Made by a program: the position numbers and the translations under genes. Positions 62,923 through 64,000 of a stretch of DNA of 64,000 nt are shown piece after piece; the stretch's first letter is position 1; each line of letters opens with the position of its first letter. Below the pieces are notes generated by a model. The model was not told the DNA's origin, ran no database searches, and saw nothing but the letters and a program-made list of their open reading frames with translations. Where the stretch lies: positions 81,902,001 through 81,966,000 of the forward strand of contig NC_043005.1 of the NCBI RefSeq assembly GCF_006345805.1. Direction: 5' to 3'. The DNA comes from Octopus sinensis (Eukaryota).

Positions 62923-64000
62923 GACTTCTACAAGAGCAGAAATGCTCTTGTAGCATCCTCACCTGCCCCTGATGGACGCTTTTCGTCTACTACCGAAATC
63001 GTCTCTTCTTTTAAATACAACACATCCATAATATTTATTAACTCTCCACGATTATCACTAAAATTTAGTTTTTTGTGAAGTATTTATAGTAAGTATGATA
63101 CGCAGATGATTATTTTAGTATGATTCTGCTTCTTGTGCATAAACCAATTGTTGTGGTAAATAAAACAAATTTTTTGCTTGATATATACAGTCAGTATTTT
63201 CATTTAAATATCATGACCTGCTCCACCTTATATCAGTGTCTCTAACACTTTATACTCAACTGTACGTTTAAATATCTATATCAAATAAAGTACTATTGCA
63301 ATACTGGCAACGCCTTATAATTGATTGCTGTATTACTAAGAAATATGGTACTTCGAGTCATATGTCTTCATGAGAAAGATGGTCAACTAATGTTTAAAGG
63401 ATTTCATTGTTCAACTCCTATGACCAGTGATACATACGTCGTTGGCCCAAACACTTTATACTTTATATATTTTCACTGTCGACAGTAAGTATATGTAATG
63501 TCACTACTACAAGTAGTAGCAATACCTTATAATTTATAGCTGCGTTACTAACGTTCTATGCTATTTACAGCCATCTTTCTTCAAGAGAAAGATAGCTGAC
63601 TAATGTGTCACAGAATATTGCCTGTAAACCAGGCAAGTCTGGATAAAATAGTTATACAAGTCTTTGTGAGAAGACGTTTTCACTTTGGAAAATAAATTAA
63701 AGGCCAACATTTTCGGAACTTTCATCTGAAATAGAAATCAAAAGGTCAGAATGTAGTTCAGGATAGAGCAGAAATAGTTTAGAATACATATGACAGGCAT
63801 GCATTAGACTAGGTCCTGTATTTAGAAAAGCGCTTTTGAACGACCTAATGGGAAGGTCATATGCTATACAGGCTCAGATCTAAGAACATTGTACACATTT
63901 ATAACAGCTTGCATTCTAGCAGACAAAAATAATGCAAAAACTAAACCAAGTAAAACCATTCGATTAAAGAGGAACTGTTCAGAGTTGATAGAAATAAGAA

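Noticed and set aside
63590-63735. Minus-strand acceptor-like tttcag followed by a 44-codon frame
   Set aside because: Single weak signal; no donor site or recognisable protein.

Overview
AT-rich, microsatellite-dense eukaryotic DNA that is almost entirely repeat-derived. It is probably octopus or another cephalopod; this is inferred from my recollection of the tRNA-SINE families, not from a search. I found no supportable host protein-coding exon, and most ORFs in the track are (TA)n/(TG)n artefacts. Contents: (1) Three Penelope-like element (PLE) copies. One is near-complete, with RT and GIY-YIG (15108-18345, +). One is 5'-truncated with 395-bp inverted pseudo-LTR arms (31825-33439). One is a decayed fragment (~21600-22085). 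(2) At least five sequence-distinct families of type I hammerhead ribozyme (HHR) motifs with palindromic or near-palindromic helix III, about 15 intact or decayed motifs in total. Several sit in non-coding tail-out fold-back elements (38485-39030 and its tandem copy, 47403-48392, 54987-55644), and most of the carrying elements end at or near (TA)n. (3) Dozens of tRNA-derived SINEs with shuffled heads and tails. (4) LINE fragments of CR1, R4/Dong-like and HERO/NeSL-like types. (5) Tc1/mariner remnants and a 100-N gap. The most notable signal is an apparent PLE-driven system of ribozyme-bearing fold-back elements. It includes a tandem unit that could self-excise a 659-nt rod-like RNA and a hammerhead with the rare compensatory U3:A8 core. 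All alignments and folds were done by eye; coordinates of degenerate repeats are approximate.
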